DNA of 64,000 nucleotides from a virus (lineage: Duplodnaviria > Caudoviricetes), in IMG/VR virus record IMGVR_UViG_3300028833_000053; one strand, 5' to 3'. The notes beneath the pieces are model-generated. The model made no database searches, was not told where the DNA came from, and saw nothing but the letters and a program-made list of their open reading frames with translations. Shown piece by piece: positions 50,646 through 61,616 of this stretch. The position numbers and the translations under genes are program-made. Position 1 is the stretch's first letter, and each line of letters opens with the position of its first letter.

Positions 50646-50654
50646 ATTTGAATT

Positions 50655-50684
50655 AGACCATAGGTGACAGCCTATGGTCTTTTC
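50655..50684 (+). terminator. Hairpin after the last tRNA
   Basis: AGACCATAGG/CCTATGGTCT + TTT. Confidence 0.55.
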
Positions 50685-50762
50685 ATTAAATTTATGTATA
50701 ATTTATAGTAAATACTTTTATGGAGTCACTGTCATGACTTCAACAACAAAAAGGTAAAAACA

Positions 50763-51545
50763 ATGAAATGTGAAAAATGCGGTAACGAACATGATGGTTC
50801 TTATGGAACAGGTAGATTTTGTTCAGAAAGTTGCAAACAAGCATATGTTGCTGGTAAAGTAAAACATAGAAAAAGTGGATTTGCAATAAATAATCCAAAC
50901 CCAAAAGCAAAGTATGGAACGTGGAAATGCCGACTTTGCGGAATCATTTTCAATACACGGGCAACCTTAAAACAACATATGAATTTGGAACATCCATATG
51001 ACAAATCTCATGCGTGGAATTATGGAAAGACAAAAGAATCAGATAAACGTCTAAAAATCGCATCGGAAAAACTTTCAATAAACATGAAACGTTATTTGGC
51101 TTCGGGAAAAGTACGCAAACACATATGGAATGATTCTGAACGTAAAGCCCAATCTGAACGAGCAAAGAAAAACAAAATTGGAGGCTATCATAAACATGGT
51201 GGACGTGGAAAAAGAGGATGGTATAAAGGATATTGGTGCGATAGTTCATGGGAACTTGCTTATGTCATATACAATCTTGAACACGATATACATTTTGTCA
51301 GAAACAGAGTTGGATTTGAATATGAATATGGAGGAATGATTCGGAAATACTATCCCGATTATATTCTTGATGATGGAACTTATGTCGAAGTAAAAGGATA
51401 TGAAGACGAAAAGGTTAAAGTAAAACACAAAACATTTATTTCATCTGGACACATATTAAATGTCATAGGAAAAGAGGAGATAAAACCATACCTTCAATAC
51501 GTCATCGAGAAATATGGAAAGGACTTTACAAGGCTATATGAATGA
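50763..51545 (+). CDS. Zn-finger + PD-(D/E)xK (TnsA-like) putative homing endonuclease, paralog of 43735
   Basis: CEKCGNEHDGSYGTGRFCS; DSSWE; YYPDY...VEVKG. Confidence 0.8.
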   Translation: MKCEKCGNEHDGSYGTGRFCSESCKQAYVAGKVKHRKSGFAINNPNPKAKYGTWKCRLCGIIFNTRATLKQHMNLEHPYDKSHAWNYGKTKESDKRLKIASEKLSINMKRYLASGKVRKHIWNDSERKAQSERAKKNKIGGYHKHGGRGKRGWYKGYWCDSSWELAYVIYNLEHDIHFVRNRVGFEYEYGGMIRKYYPDYILDDGTYVEVKGYEDEKVKVKHKTFISSGHILNVIGKEEIKPYLQYVIEKYGKDFTRLYE

Positions 51546-51558
51546 TGTATAATATCAT

Positions 51559-51780
51559 ATGACAAACAAAGAATTAATAGCCAAACTTTCTGAATTTCCC
51601 GAAGATTCCGAAGTTGATTTCTGTCTGTTTTCAAACTTGACACCAAGGCGTTGTGACGTTAAGGATAACCACGTCATGATTAGGCGGTCGCCTCATACGG
51701 GATTGCTCTACATCATGCTTGACCTTGAACCCTATTGGGAAGAGGACATCAAGCGTTCCTTGGCAAGGAATTTTAATTAG
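51559..51780 (+). CDS. Small hypothetical protein (ends at TAG)
   Basis: Leaderless after TTTACA-17-TATAAT at 51524; MTNKELIAKL..FP.D. Confidence 0.6.
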   Translation: MTNKELIAKLSEFPEDSEVDFCLFSNLTPRRCDVKDNHVMIRRSPHTGLLYIMLDLEPYWEEDIKRSLARNFN

Positions 51781-52037
51781 CTTCCCAATGCGCGTTCGGA
51801 CGTCTAGCCACGTTTCTGCAGAATCTGTGGCGGCTCCGTCCAACTGCCTTTGGGGTGTGTCCACGCAGGTTAGCGGGTTGGCGTGGACTTCATACGGTCA
51901 GCACAGACTCCCAAATCCAACAAACCCAACATAGATGAGTGTGCGTTCTATGCTTGGCTGGATCCAAAAACCCGCGACCATTTATCAAACGTCAAAACAT
52001 TCAAGCGAAACGGCGCCGGAAAACCGGCGCCGTTTTT
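51781..52037 (+). ncRNA. Structured RNA with trailer helix strand and terminator
   Basis: GCGGGTT/AACCCGC pseudoknot potential; CAAACGTCAAAACATTCAA at 51986-52004; AAACGGCGCCGG/CCGGCGCCGTTT terminator. Confidence 0.5.
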
Positions 52038-52115
52038 GTTGTTGTCCACCATCTGTCAGCAAACTGAATTCAATTTGGAACTTTACGGTTTTCCTTCTTT
52101 CTGGTATAATATGGT

Positions 52116-55100
52116 ATGACAAACATTGACGATATAATGCACCAAATCGGCTTCATATCCGGGAAACTGGACGTGGTTGGTGGAAATGCTGAATCCTTGG
52201 TTGAACTTTGCCAAGAATGCAGCAAGGAACTTTCTGAAATAGCCGAAGAGTATTGGAAAGGTAAAGACGAAAATGGAAAACGAGACATCGAGCTTTGATG
52301 CTTTCTTGAAGGAGCCCGTTGACAAGATTGACGTTCTTCCTGCGAACATTGCGGTGGAGACTGTTGGAAAGCAGGTTCCAAGGGAGAGCCTTGAACGCAC
52401 AATGCGCTCCGCGATGGAAAACTTGGTTGAGGCCGGCATAGGGGATTCCAACACAAGCAAGCTGGCGAACGACACGAGGACGCTCCTGGTTTTCTGCCAG
52501 ATGATTTGGAACGAGAAGGAAGAGTGGAAACATCATTTCCGCCAAATGGCCGACAGGTACAACAAGCACCTTGACAATGAAATATCCCAATACAAGAGGA
52601 TGTTGGGAAAATGAGAAAAGAGAAGCGCGAATGTGACGTTGCCAACAGCTCCCAGGAATTGGTCAAGGCGTTTGTGGAACATTGCAACTATTGTGAACAA
52701 GGGTGTCCAATGGGATGCATTCGGCGAAGGGGCGAGATAATCGACTTGTTGGATTTTGACAGTTGGAAGTGTGGAAACATACTTCAATGCTTCGCCGAAT
52801 TCTGCATGTCAAGGGTAAGGGGTACTTGACTTTCCATTTGGATTTTGATATACTGGTTCTGCAAAAGAAGAAAGGCTTTTTATGAGCAAGAGCAGACATC
52901 AAAGGCACATCCGAACGTTGGACTCCCTCAACAAGAAGGGATGGCATGTCATAGCGGCATGGAACGCCAACAGGAGCATGGCTTGCAGTGGCAACATACA
53001 CTGGTCATTTCCGGGTTGGCATTATTTCCATTTGTTCAACGGGAAGTCTGATGGCTACTACACGCCACCGTTTGTCCAGATGCCCTATACCGTGTTCGTG
53101 GTGAAGAAGCAGTATGAAAAAGAACGCGAGATTGTCCTTCATGGGTGGAAGGAACTGCGGGAGTTCACGGCGGGTCCGGAGAGGTGGATTGAGAAAGAAG
53201 GAGGCAAGTGATGGAAAACGCAACGCCGGAGACCCTAGTTGTTGACAAGAACAAGTACGAGCAGATGGTAAAGCTGCTCAAGATGATATACAAGGCCGCC
53301 GAAACAGTCAATGGAAACTCAAGACTTGAAATCAACGCCGATGCGCTGAAGGAGACCATTGAGAAAGTCCTGCACATGGAGGTTGACGCGAAAGCGAAGC
53401 GCAACTGCGAAGTCTACAAGACACGGGACGAGGCTTGGAAAGCGTTTACGCACACAAGTGGATACATCATCAACGGCAACGGGTGGTTCAGCACCTGGCT
53501 TTTCAGGAAGTACAACCCAAACGAATACGAGGCGTGGTGAAATGAAATTCAAATTCAAGAAGTGGCATTGGCGGGACATCTTGTGCTGGATTAGACTCCA
53601 CGTCTGGGGCTTGTCAAAGGGATATACCCTGAAGCAGTTTTGCGGCGATTGCAAGAAGTGCAATGGCTTGTTTGGATATTGTGGCTGCATTCCCTGTCCC
53701 CTGAGATTCCCCATTGACGGTTCCGACTACACGAAGAAGGAACCCGACGAAACACCAAGCACATTGGGTTCTCCGAAGGAGGGTGAGTGATGCAACGTCA
53801 ATGCGAGATTTGCGGGAAGTTCCATTACAGGGTTTATGACGCAAGGGAACTGGCCAAAACCCTGAACTTGACACCAAGGGACAATTCAACGAACGATCCC
53901 GGCAAGTTCACCATCTGCATTGACTGCTACAACGACATTGAACGCGCCATTGCAAACGCATGGCTTACACCGATAAAGGACTGATAAAATGGATACCGAC
54001 AAACTGAAGAAGATAGCCGACAGGCTTTTGTACACCGCTCAGGTGAATGGCGGGACGATGGGGCATGAAATGCACGTATGCGCCACCCAAATAAACGAAG
54101 TTCTGGCTAATGAGAACACCTCCTATGTCAAGAACTGCCACAGGTTCAACAACTCCGAGGAAGCCCAAATCGCGTTTCTCAACGAGCGTTGGCTTACGTC
54201 CGTTGATGACCTTAAGGAGACTCCGTTTGACGATTGGACGGAGGAAATGAAATCCTGCTATGCCAAGTGGCTGATGAGCCCGGTTGACCCCAAGGTTTCG
54301 GAGTGCAAGTTGCGTGGGGAGATTGTGCGTCTGAACACGATATTGAAAAAGGCGAAGTCCATCGTGATTCAGCTTCTTGACGATTGGGACGATGAAGCCG
54401 ACCGCAGGTGGAACTGGGGACGTTTGTTTGAGGTGCTTGACATCAAGCGCGATACGGCAAAGGAAGAACGGCAAGCTGAAAGGGAACCGACAGATGAGTG
54501 CTGCAAAACGGAATTCCACCTTCCGCGGGGTCTTGACTGAAATGGGCGTTGAAGCAAGATGGAGATTGAAGTAAACAGAAACGAAAAGTGGGTGAAGGTG
54601 AAGCCCGAGGAACTGACAACCTACGAGCTTTGCGACTGCCTTTCACGCATCATGCTGGATTCTGACGAGTTCATTCCCCAACAGGAGATTGACGAGGGCT
54701 ATGCCGCAATCCAAGAGGCTATTCGCAGACTTGAAAAGAATGGAGAAGACGGAAATGGCTGACGCATTTGGAAAGAAGTTTGAAAACGGCGACATTCTCG
54801 CCCTTGTTGACGACTATGTTGGCATTGACAAGGACAAGATGGGCTTGGTTCGCGTGTACGAGGCGAACAAATACGTCATGCTCTACGTTCTGACGGGGAT
54901 GGATGGCAAGGGCCGATACCCAATGGAAAATGTGTTAATTGACAAGCACTACGAGAAGATTGGAGAATATTCCCCCGGCTCTTCCGATGAACTCCTTTTT
55001 TCCGGGCATGTCACGTTTGAGGAGGATGTATGAACATTGACATGACAATTGACTACGACAAGCTGCTTGAAGAGGCGAAGAAGAGGTACGAGAAAGTTCT

Positions 55101-58100
55101 CAAGCTCGATAGGAAAGCCACGAATCTGTTCATCAACGGCGTCCCGGGGAAGAAATACTGGCCCGTCCAGGAAAAGTTCCTCGCCGCGAGAGACGAATAC
55201 CGTAACTGGGAGAAGAACAACATTGACAAACTTGGGGTGAGTCTCATAACCAATTTTGAAAACGGAACCCCAATCGGGATTGACGCGGTGATTTCTGGAC
55301 ACGACAACTGGGGTAGAGGGAAGCATTGATGACAATTGACGAGAGAAAGATGGCAATTGCCTACGCGGACTTGCTGAACATACAGGAGCTTGTCCAGCAC
55401 ATCATGCGGATGGACGTAGACGATCTTATGGACGAGGACACGAGGCTCGCTTTTGTCAAATTGACCTTAAACTTGGACAAAGTTGCTTCCAAGGTTGGAA
55501 AGTACATGTCAGAGCATACAGACTTCAACGAGGAGAAAACCAATGACGATTGACGAATCGCGGAAGCATTATCCATTCATTTCATACGGTTCAGAGTACG
55601 ATCTGTGGGAAAAGACGGGGAAGTGGTACAAGTGGCTCCTGGACAGGATTCTGTCCGAGCGGCCATCTGAGGGAACTGACCATGACTGGAACAAGCTTGC
55701 GATATGGCTCCAGTTTGAGTTGAAGGAACGCAACGCGCTGTTCAGGCAGTTGCCAAAGCCCACGAAGGAACAGTACTCTGACAAAGACGACCCTGATTAC
55801 CCCTGGACTACCGGCAAGTGGCCCGAGGATGCAATGCCCGCAATCAGGACATTCGCCGAGAAGGAGGCGAAATGCCACGATGTTGGTGAGAAGGTGGCAG
55901 CGATATTGACGAAGAACGAGTACTGCAAGAAGGTGTTGAAGCAGAAAACCTACAAGTCCAGAAATCAGGAAGAGAAAGCGAGGAAGAGGAAATGAAATTG
56001 ACAACCAAGGAAGCCGTTGAGAAAATACGCGACCACATTCTTTGTGGAAACCACAGCGATGGCATAATTGCCCCGATTCTGAATTGGTGCGACAAGGCTC
56101 TTGCCGACTATGACGCTTCCGAGGATGAAAAGAAGCCCGCTCCCGTTGTGGAATCCCCCAAGAGGAAGGAAGCAAGGGAAATACGGGAAATGCAGTTGAC
56201 CTCGCCAATGGCAAAGATGTTTCAGGAAGCCCTTGCATCAGACCTTGACCACGAAGCCGACATGGAAGAGCGGAAACTTTCCCTTCCAAAGCGGAACTGC
56301 GACAGGGCAGACGCATGGACGTACACGGACGCCATTGACCTTTTCCTCAAGGAGAATCCCAAGGTTGATCATCGTGTCAACATTTGGAATTGGAACGAGT
56401 GGCACAAGTTCGTCCAGTGGATTTTCAAGAAACCGCCGGCAAAGAACTAACCAGAATCGTTCATTTCTGGTATAATAATGTGAGGAGAAGTTTGATATGA
56501 GAGTAAAGGAATTCATAGCCGGGCATTGCAAGTACTGCGATGACTTCGATTCTGACCTTGGATGCAGGGCGTATCTGAACGAGGAATGCGATGAAGCACA
56601 CGCGGAGCCGAAGTTCAAGGGAAAGACCATGCGTTTGCGAATTGACGAATACTGCGCAAAGCAGGGAATAAAGTACCTTACGAAGCTGCATGACGATTGG
56701 AAAGAGGAAACCAAGAAAAAGGCTCCGAAAAAGGCTCCGAAAAAGAAAACGGAGTTGATGACCCCCGGTGAACCCCTTGACGACATCATCCTCCAGATTT
56801 GGAATGACGGGGCCGAGTACATCATCTACGATGATTCGGACTTGAAGCATTTCAGAAAGCGCATCAGAGAAGCAGTATTGAATGAAGAAGCAAAGAAAGG
56901 AAAGAAAGGAAAGAAGTAAAATGTACAGTCCATCAAAGAAGAGAATCTGGGCAAAGAGGTTTGTCATGTTCTGCATTGGCGTTGCCATTGGCAGCGTTGG
57001 CATCAACATCTGGGAAGGGAAGTGGGTAGACGTTTGCACTTGGGTCACCGCCTTGCTCTGGGCAATTGGCTGGCGAATGGAGATGCAGAACTCCGATGAG
57101 GACAGGGCCGACGCGGACTATTGGAAGAACCTTTGGCTGAACAGTGAAGCCACAAAATCCTACGAAAACTCATTTTCAAACAGTGAACCACCGGTTCTTG
57201 ACGATCCGGAGAAGAAAGATGCCTGACGAAGAACGCATAACCGGGATTGAGGTGGATGGTGACATGTACGATGCCGTCAGATATGGAACTGGGAAATCCA
57301 TTTGCTGCAACTGCGATTTCCTGTTGTGGCGCATGGTGTGTCCGTTCAAGAATCCCGAAACGTGCAGAAACGTCATTGGCGAAAGAATCCTTGTGAAGAG
57401 AGAGGTGAAGTAAAATGAATTGGATAACTATAACTTGCATATCGGTGTACGTTGCCGGATTGATCATCATTCCAACTGTGATGGGAGTCCTTCAATCACG
57501 CGAAATCAGAAGGAACTTTATGGAGTGGGACGACTATGTTATACTTCTGATTATTATGCTCAGCTGGCCGGTTGTGCTTGGATTGGTGGCAATTTGGGGT
57601 ATTGGCTATGTCATTGGATATGTTCCGTTCACCCTGCTCAAATGGTGGATGAAGAAATGCGCCAGGTGTGCAGAATGGTGGGAGGAACGTCAAGTGAAGA
57701 AGCGCGTCCTTGAAAACCTGATGAAGGAGAAAAAGCAATGAGAGTTAATCTGTCCCCAGAAGTTGCATGGACTATCTATGGAATCGGAGTTGTCGTGTTC
57801 CCGATTCTTGTTGGCGCGATGTTCAAGGAAAAGAAGTTCAGTGTGATGGACGATGGCGTTCCGGTGTTTTTCCTGTCACTGACATGGCCGATTGTGCTTT
57901 TCCTTGTTGCAATAGTATGGTCCGTGATGGTGGCGTGTTTCATTCCTGGCTGGGTGTGGAACGGTCTTCTGCACCTTGGCGGAGAGATTGGATGGCGTTA
58001 TGGCATGTGGAAGGAAGTCCGTAACGCGAAGAAAAAGGCGAAGGAACGCGAGAGGAAAGAACGCGAGGAACGCGAACATGCAAAGCGGGTGTTGAACGCG

Positions 58101-58398
58101 AAGCCCGGCGACAAGGAATACTTTGATTATGTCTGCGATTGAAGATTTCAATTGAAAAGAAAGGAACATGGAAATGACGTGGGTTGAATTGGTGGCTGTC
58201 ATGTATGTCATTGGGTACGTCTGCACCCTTTACTACTTCATGCGTTTCTTTAATGATTTGCGTGGGCGTGAAGCCTCAGCTGGGATAATCACTTCACTTT
58301 TCATTTCGGTGTTCTGGCCGATCTTATGGACGTACAGGTTGATTGTGGAGACATTCTGCAAGGATAAGGATGACGAGGAATATGGATCAAGAAGTTAA
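52116..58398 (+). other. Array of about 20 small tightly packed early/accessory hypothetical genes (e.g. 52273-52614, 52882-53211, 53208-53540, 53989-54540, 55543-55995, 55992-56450, 56497-56919, 57415-57741, 57738-58142, 58168-58398)
   Basis: ATGA/GTGA overlaps; RBSs; sigma70 promoters at 52082 and 52826. Confidence 0.75.
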
Positions 58399-59899
58399 AC
58401 TTCCCTATGGCGTGTTGAACGCAGACTGTCTGGAGGCAATGAAGAAGTTTCCGGACAACTTCATCGACGCGGTTGTGACCGACCCGCCCTATGGGTTGTC
58501 GTTCATGGGCAAGGACTGGGATCATGGCGTTCCGGGTGTTGCATTTTGGAAAGAGGCTCTGAGGATAACGAAGCCCGGTGGTCATATCGTGGCGTTTGGT
58601 GGTTCAAGAACTTACCACCGCTTGACTTGCGCCATTGAGGACGCCGGCTGGGAAATACGAGACTGCCTTGGATGGCTGTATTCATCGGGTTTTCCGAAAT
58701 CCATGGACATTTCAAAGGCGATTGACAAGAAGTTGGGGGCGAAACGCGCCGATCGGGGTGGTGTTGGCGACCACGAAGGAACCGTTGACTTTGGAATGAA
58801 GAACCGCTGTCCCAAGTGCGGCAAGCCCTATTTCTCCGCCAATCCCTGCACATGCCCACGGGATGATCTTGTTCCAATAACGGACGAGGCGAAGAAGTGG
58901 AGTGGTTGGGGTACTTGTCTCAAGCCGGCGTTTGAGCCTATTGTGCTTGCAAGGAAGCCGTTGGAGGGAACTGTTGTCGAGAACGTGATGAAGCACGGTG
59001 TTGGTGGATTGAACATAGACGAGTGCCGCGTTCCCTATGAAGAAGGTGGAACGGCTGCGACAAACCCGTTGATTAGGGAGCTGCGTGGATGCAAGAACAA
59101 CCATGGTGCGGACACGGGTTCAAGCTGGAGAATCACCGGGGAAGAGGGTAAAGTGGGTCATGCCAACTTGAAGGGACGCTTCCCCGCCAACATCATCCAC
59201 GATGGCTCCGATGAAGTCATTGATGCGTTCGACAACAAATTGACGCCGGACTTCACTCCCATTGTACTTGCCAGAAAACCAATTGAGGGAACTGTCGCGG
59301 ACAACGTGATGAAGTATGGGGTTGGAGGCTTGAACATTGACGAATGCAGGGTTCCGTCCGACGAGCCAGTTGTGGTGCATTCCCCTGGGAAGGAGACCTT
59401 GTATGACAGCGGCCACGGTGACATGGGTACTTGGGTTGACAACCGAGGAAGGTTTCCCGCGAACATCATCCACGATGGTTCCGAAGAGGTTCTTGAAGTG
59501 TTCCCGGACAACGTAAAAGGTGGAACGTGGAACAGGACAAAGGGGGCGAGACCTTTCAACAACAACGGAAAGGACACCGAATACACCAGTGGCGGTTCGG
59601 ACAAGTCCGTGGGTTCCGCCGCAAGGTTCTTCTATTGTCCCAAAGCCAGCAAGAAGGAAAAGGGCAAGGACAACCCGCATCCAACCGTGAAGCCCATAGC
59701 CTTGATGGAATACCTTGTCAAGCTGGTTTCCCCCGAGGGATCGAAGGTTCTTGACCCGTTCATGGGGTCTGGGACAACCGGAGTTGCAGCCATCAATCTT
59801 GGGCGCAAGTTCATTGGCATCGAGAAGGAACCTGAATACTTCGAGGTTGCGAAAAAGCGCGTTGAAGAAGCTTTCCAAAAAACGCAAAAAGTGGTATAA
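58382..59899 (+). CDS. Beta-class N4/N6 DNA methyltransferase with internal duplication
   Basis: TDPPY; GFPKS; HPTVKP; DPFMGSGTT. Confidence 0.92.
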   Translation: MDQEVKLPYGVLNADCLEAMKKFPDNFIDAVVTDPPYGLSFMGKDWDHGVPGVAFWKEALRITKPGGHIVAFGGSRTYHRLTCAIEDAGWEIRDCLGWLYSSGFPKSMDISKAIDKKLGAKRADRGGVGDHEGTVDFGMKNRCPKCGKPYFSANPCTCPRDDLVPITDEAKKWSGWGTCLKPAFEPIVLARKPLEGTVVENVMKHGVGGLNIDECRVPYEEGGTAATNPLIRELRGCKNNHGADTGSSWRITGEEGKVGHANLKGRFPANIIHDGSDEVIDAFDNKLTPDFTPIVLARKPIEGTVADNVMKYGVGGLNIDECRVPSDEPVVVHSPGKETLYDSGHGDMGTWVDNRGRFPANIIHDGSEEVLEVFPDNVKGGTWNRTKGARPFNNNGKDTEYTSGGSDKSVGSAARFFYCPKASKKEKGKDNPHPTVKPIALMEYLVKLVSPEGSKVLDPFMGSGTTGVAAINLGRKFIGIEKEPEYFEVAKKRVEEAFQKTQKVV

Positions 59900-59922
59900 T
59901 ACAGTAGAACAAAGGAAACGCA

Positions 59923-60171
59923 ATGTCAAAGCTCAGTAAACTCGTGGACAAGTATTGCTTATTCAGCTTCTTCATCATAGCCGTGTGCGAAGCGGTGCAG
60001 TGCTATTGGATGTCGGCCCTTGGTTGGTTCATGGCCGGTCTTGGTTGGTATGCCTGGGAAGAGGAAAAGCAATTCTACGACATGCTTGCCGACTTGTACA
60101 GGAAACACCTCAAGGAGTGCAAGTGCAACAACGAAACAAAAGACGAAGATGAGAAGAAAGACAATGATTGA
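59923..60171 (+). CDS. Small membrane protein
   Basis: Two hydrophobic segments. Confidence 0.6.
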   Translation: MSKLSKLVDKYCLFSFFIIAVCEAVQCYWMSALGWFMAGLGWYAWEEEKQFYDMLADLYRKHLKECKCNNETKDEDEKKDND

Positions 60172-60346
60172 GTTGAAGAGATGTCCGTTTTGCGATGGGG
60201 AGCCCGAAATTCGCCACGGTGGATTGCCTTGGATGGCAACCATTGCATGTCCAGATTGCGGCGCGGAGATAAAGGTCATCAACGAGGACGTGAGCATGGT
60301 CGTCATTGACGCAATAGAGAGGTGGAACAGGAGGGTAAACGGATGA
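60164..60346 (+). CDS. Lar-family (restriction alleviation) Zn-ribbon protein
   Basis: LKRCPFC.G...CPDCGA...AIERWNRR. Confidence 0.75.
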   Translation: MIELKRCPFCDGEPEIRHGGLPWMATIACPDCGAEIKVINEDVSMVVIDAIERWNRRVNG

Positions 60347-60660
60347 ACGTGTTGGCTTTCATATTTGGCTACTGCCTTGTTGGGTGGATTGTCATGCTGA
60401 TAATGGGGTGGTTTGACGAGGACAACACCTGCAACGCGGATTTGATTTGGACCGCGGGACTGATGTGGCCGCTGTTCCTGGCTGTCCTTTTTGTGTGGAA
60501 AACACTGGAGTGTTTGATTGCACTTGGAGAAAGGTTCCAGTGGATTGGAAAGGTTCTCCACTGCATTGGAATGGTGTTCCGTCCATATTCACTTGGGCAG
60601 GAAATTTACGAATTGTTCAAGAAGAAAAACAAAAAGGAATCTGAAGATGATGACGATTGA
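60343..60660 (+). CDS. Small membrane protein (WP motif)
   Basis: Hydrophobic segments; LMWPLFL. Confidence 0.65.
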   Translation: MNVLAFIFGYCLVGWIVMLIMGWFDEDNTCNADLIWTAGLMWPLFLAVLFVWKTLECLIALGERFQWIGKVLHCIGMVFRPYSLGQEIYELFKKKNKKESEDDDD

Positions 60661-61117
60661 GGACATGAAGGAACTCTCAAAGAGAATTTACGCAGAGGCT
60701 TTGAGGTACAGCACGATAAGCCAGGTGTACCATGACCTTATGGATGCCTGTGCAATCATAGACCACTACGTTAAACTGGTGGAATCCAAAAGCCTTGGGA
60801 AAGAAGATGATGGTGAATAGTTGTTCAGCCCCGAATTGCCGGTTGACCAGGTGTTGAAGATTGGACGCGACTTCCAAAACCAGGACAGTTGGCATGGTGC
60901 GCATTACGACACCGCGAGGTTGCTTTGCGACACCATAGAGAGGTTGAATGGAGAGTTGAAACGGAAAAGGGAAACGTCAAAGGACATTACGTCCGCCATC
61001 GAGGAACTTATTCAGATGACCTGCTCGTTGTGCAAGTATAAATCCTGCGATGGCAAGGGAGACTGCTCCGGAATAGACAACGCAAGGAAAGCACTTGCTG
61101 AACTGAAAGGAGAATGA
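60647..61117 (+). CDS. Hypothetical protein (1 in-frame TAG at 60818)
   Basis: Two adjacent in-frame ORFs separated only by TAG. Confidence 0.55.
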
Positions 61118-61118
61118 A

Positions 61119-61616
61119 ATGACTTACGAAGAGTACAAGAACATCCACAAGGAATGGGTGGAGACGGACTCCATCAACCGGAAGAAGGAAATAGAGGAAA
61201 CCATATTCAACACAGCCTATGACCTGTTCCGGAAACTGCATGAGGTCTACAAGATGCGCGGCAAGAAGTTCGTACAGGACGACGAATACAGTGAAGTCAG
61301 GGGACATTACACGCTTGACATCGAAGACCTTGATCTTGATTGGAATGGCGACAACGTATACTTGCGATACGAGGACAGTTGGGCGTATGGTGGATATTGC
61401 GACATCACGATAACCGTCCCCATGAAGTATTTGGATGAAGGGAAACTTGCGGAACTTGACCGTCAGTTGCTGGAGGAGCGCATTGAGGAACTGCGCAAGA
61501 AGATAGACGATTCCAACGCGGGAATCCGCAGACTTGAGGAATACAAGCTCATCTGCTGCAATGATCTCAACGCCTGCAACAAGGAACTCCGCAAACTCAA
61601 TGGAGAGAGGGAATGA
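61119..61616 (+). CDS. Hypothetical protein
   Basis: AAGGAG RBS; coiled-coil C-terminus. Confidence 0.75.
   Translation: MTYEEYKNIHKEWVETDSINRKKEIEETIFNTAYDLFRKLHEVYKMRGKKFVQDDEYSEVRGHYTLDIEDLDLDWNGDNVYLRYEDSWAYGGYCDITITVPMKYLDEGKLAELDRQLLEERIEELRKKIDDSNAGIRRLEEYKLICCNDLNACNKELRKLNGERE

Noticed and set aside
37400-52040. rRNA, tmRNA or RNase P RNA genes
   Set aside because: Despite the boxA leaders, no rRNA signature, no GAGGAAAGTCC RNase P motif and no standard tmRNA termini were recognised
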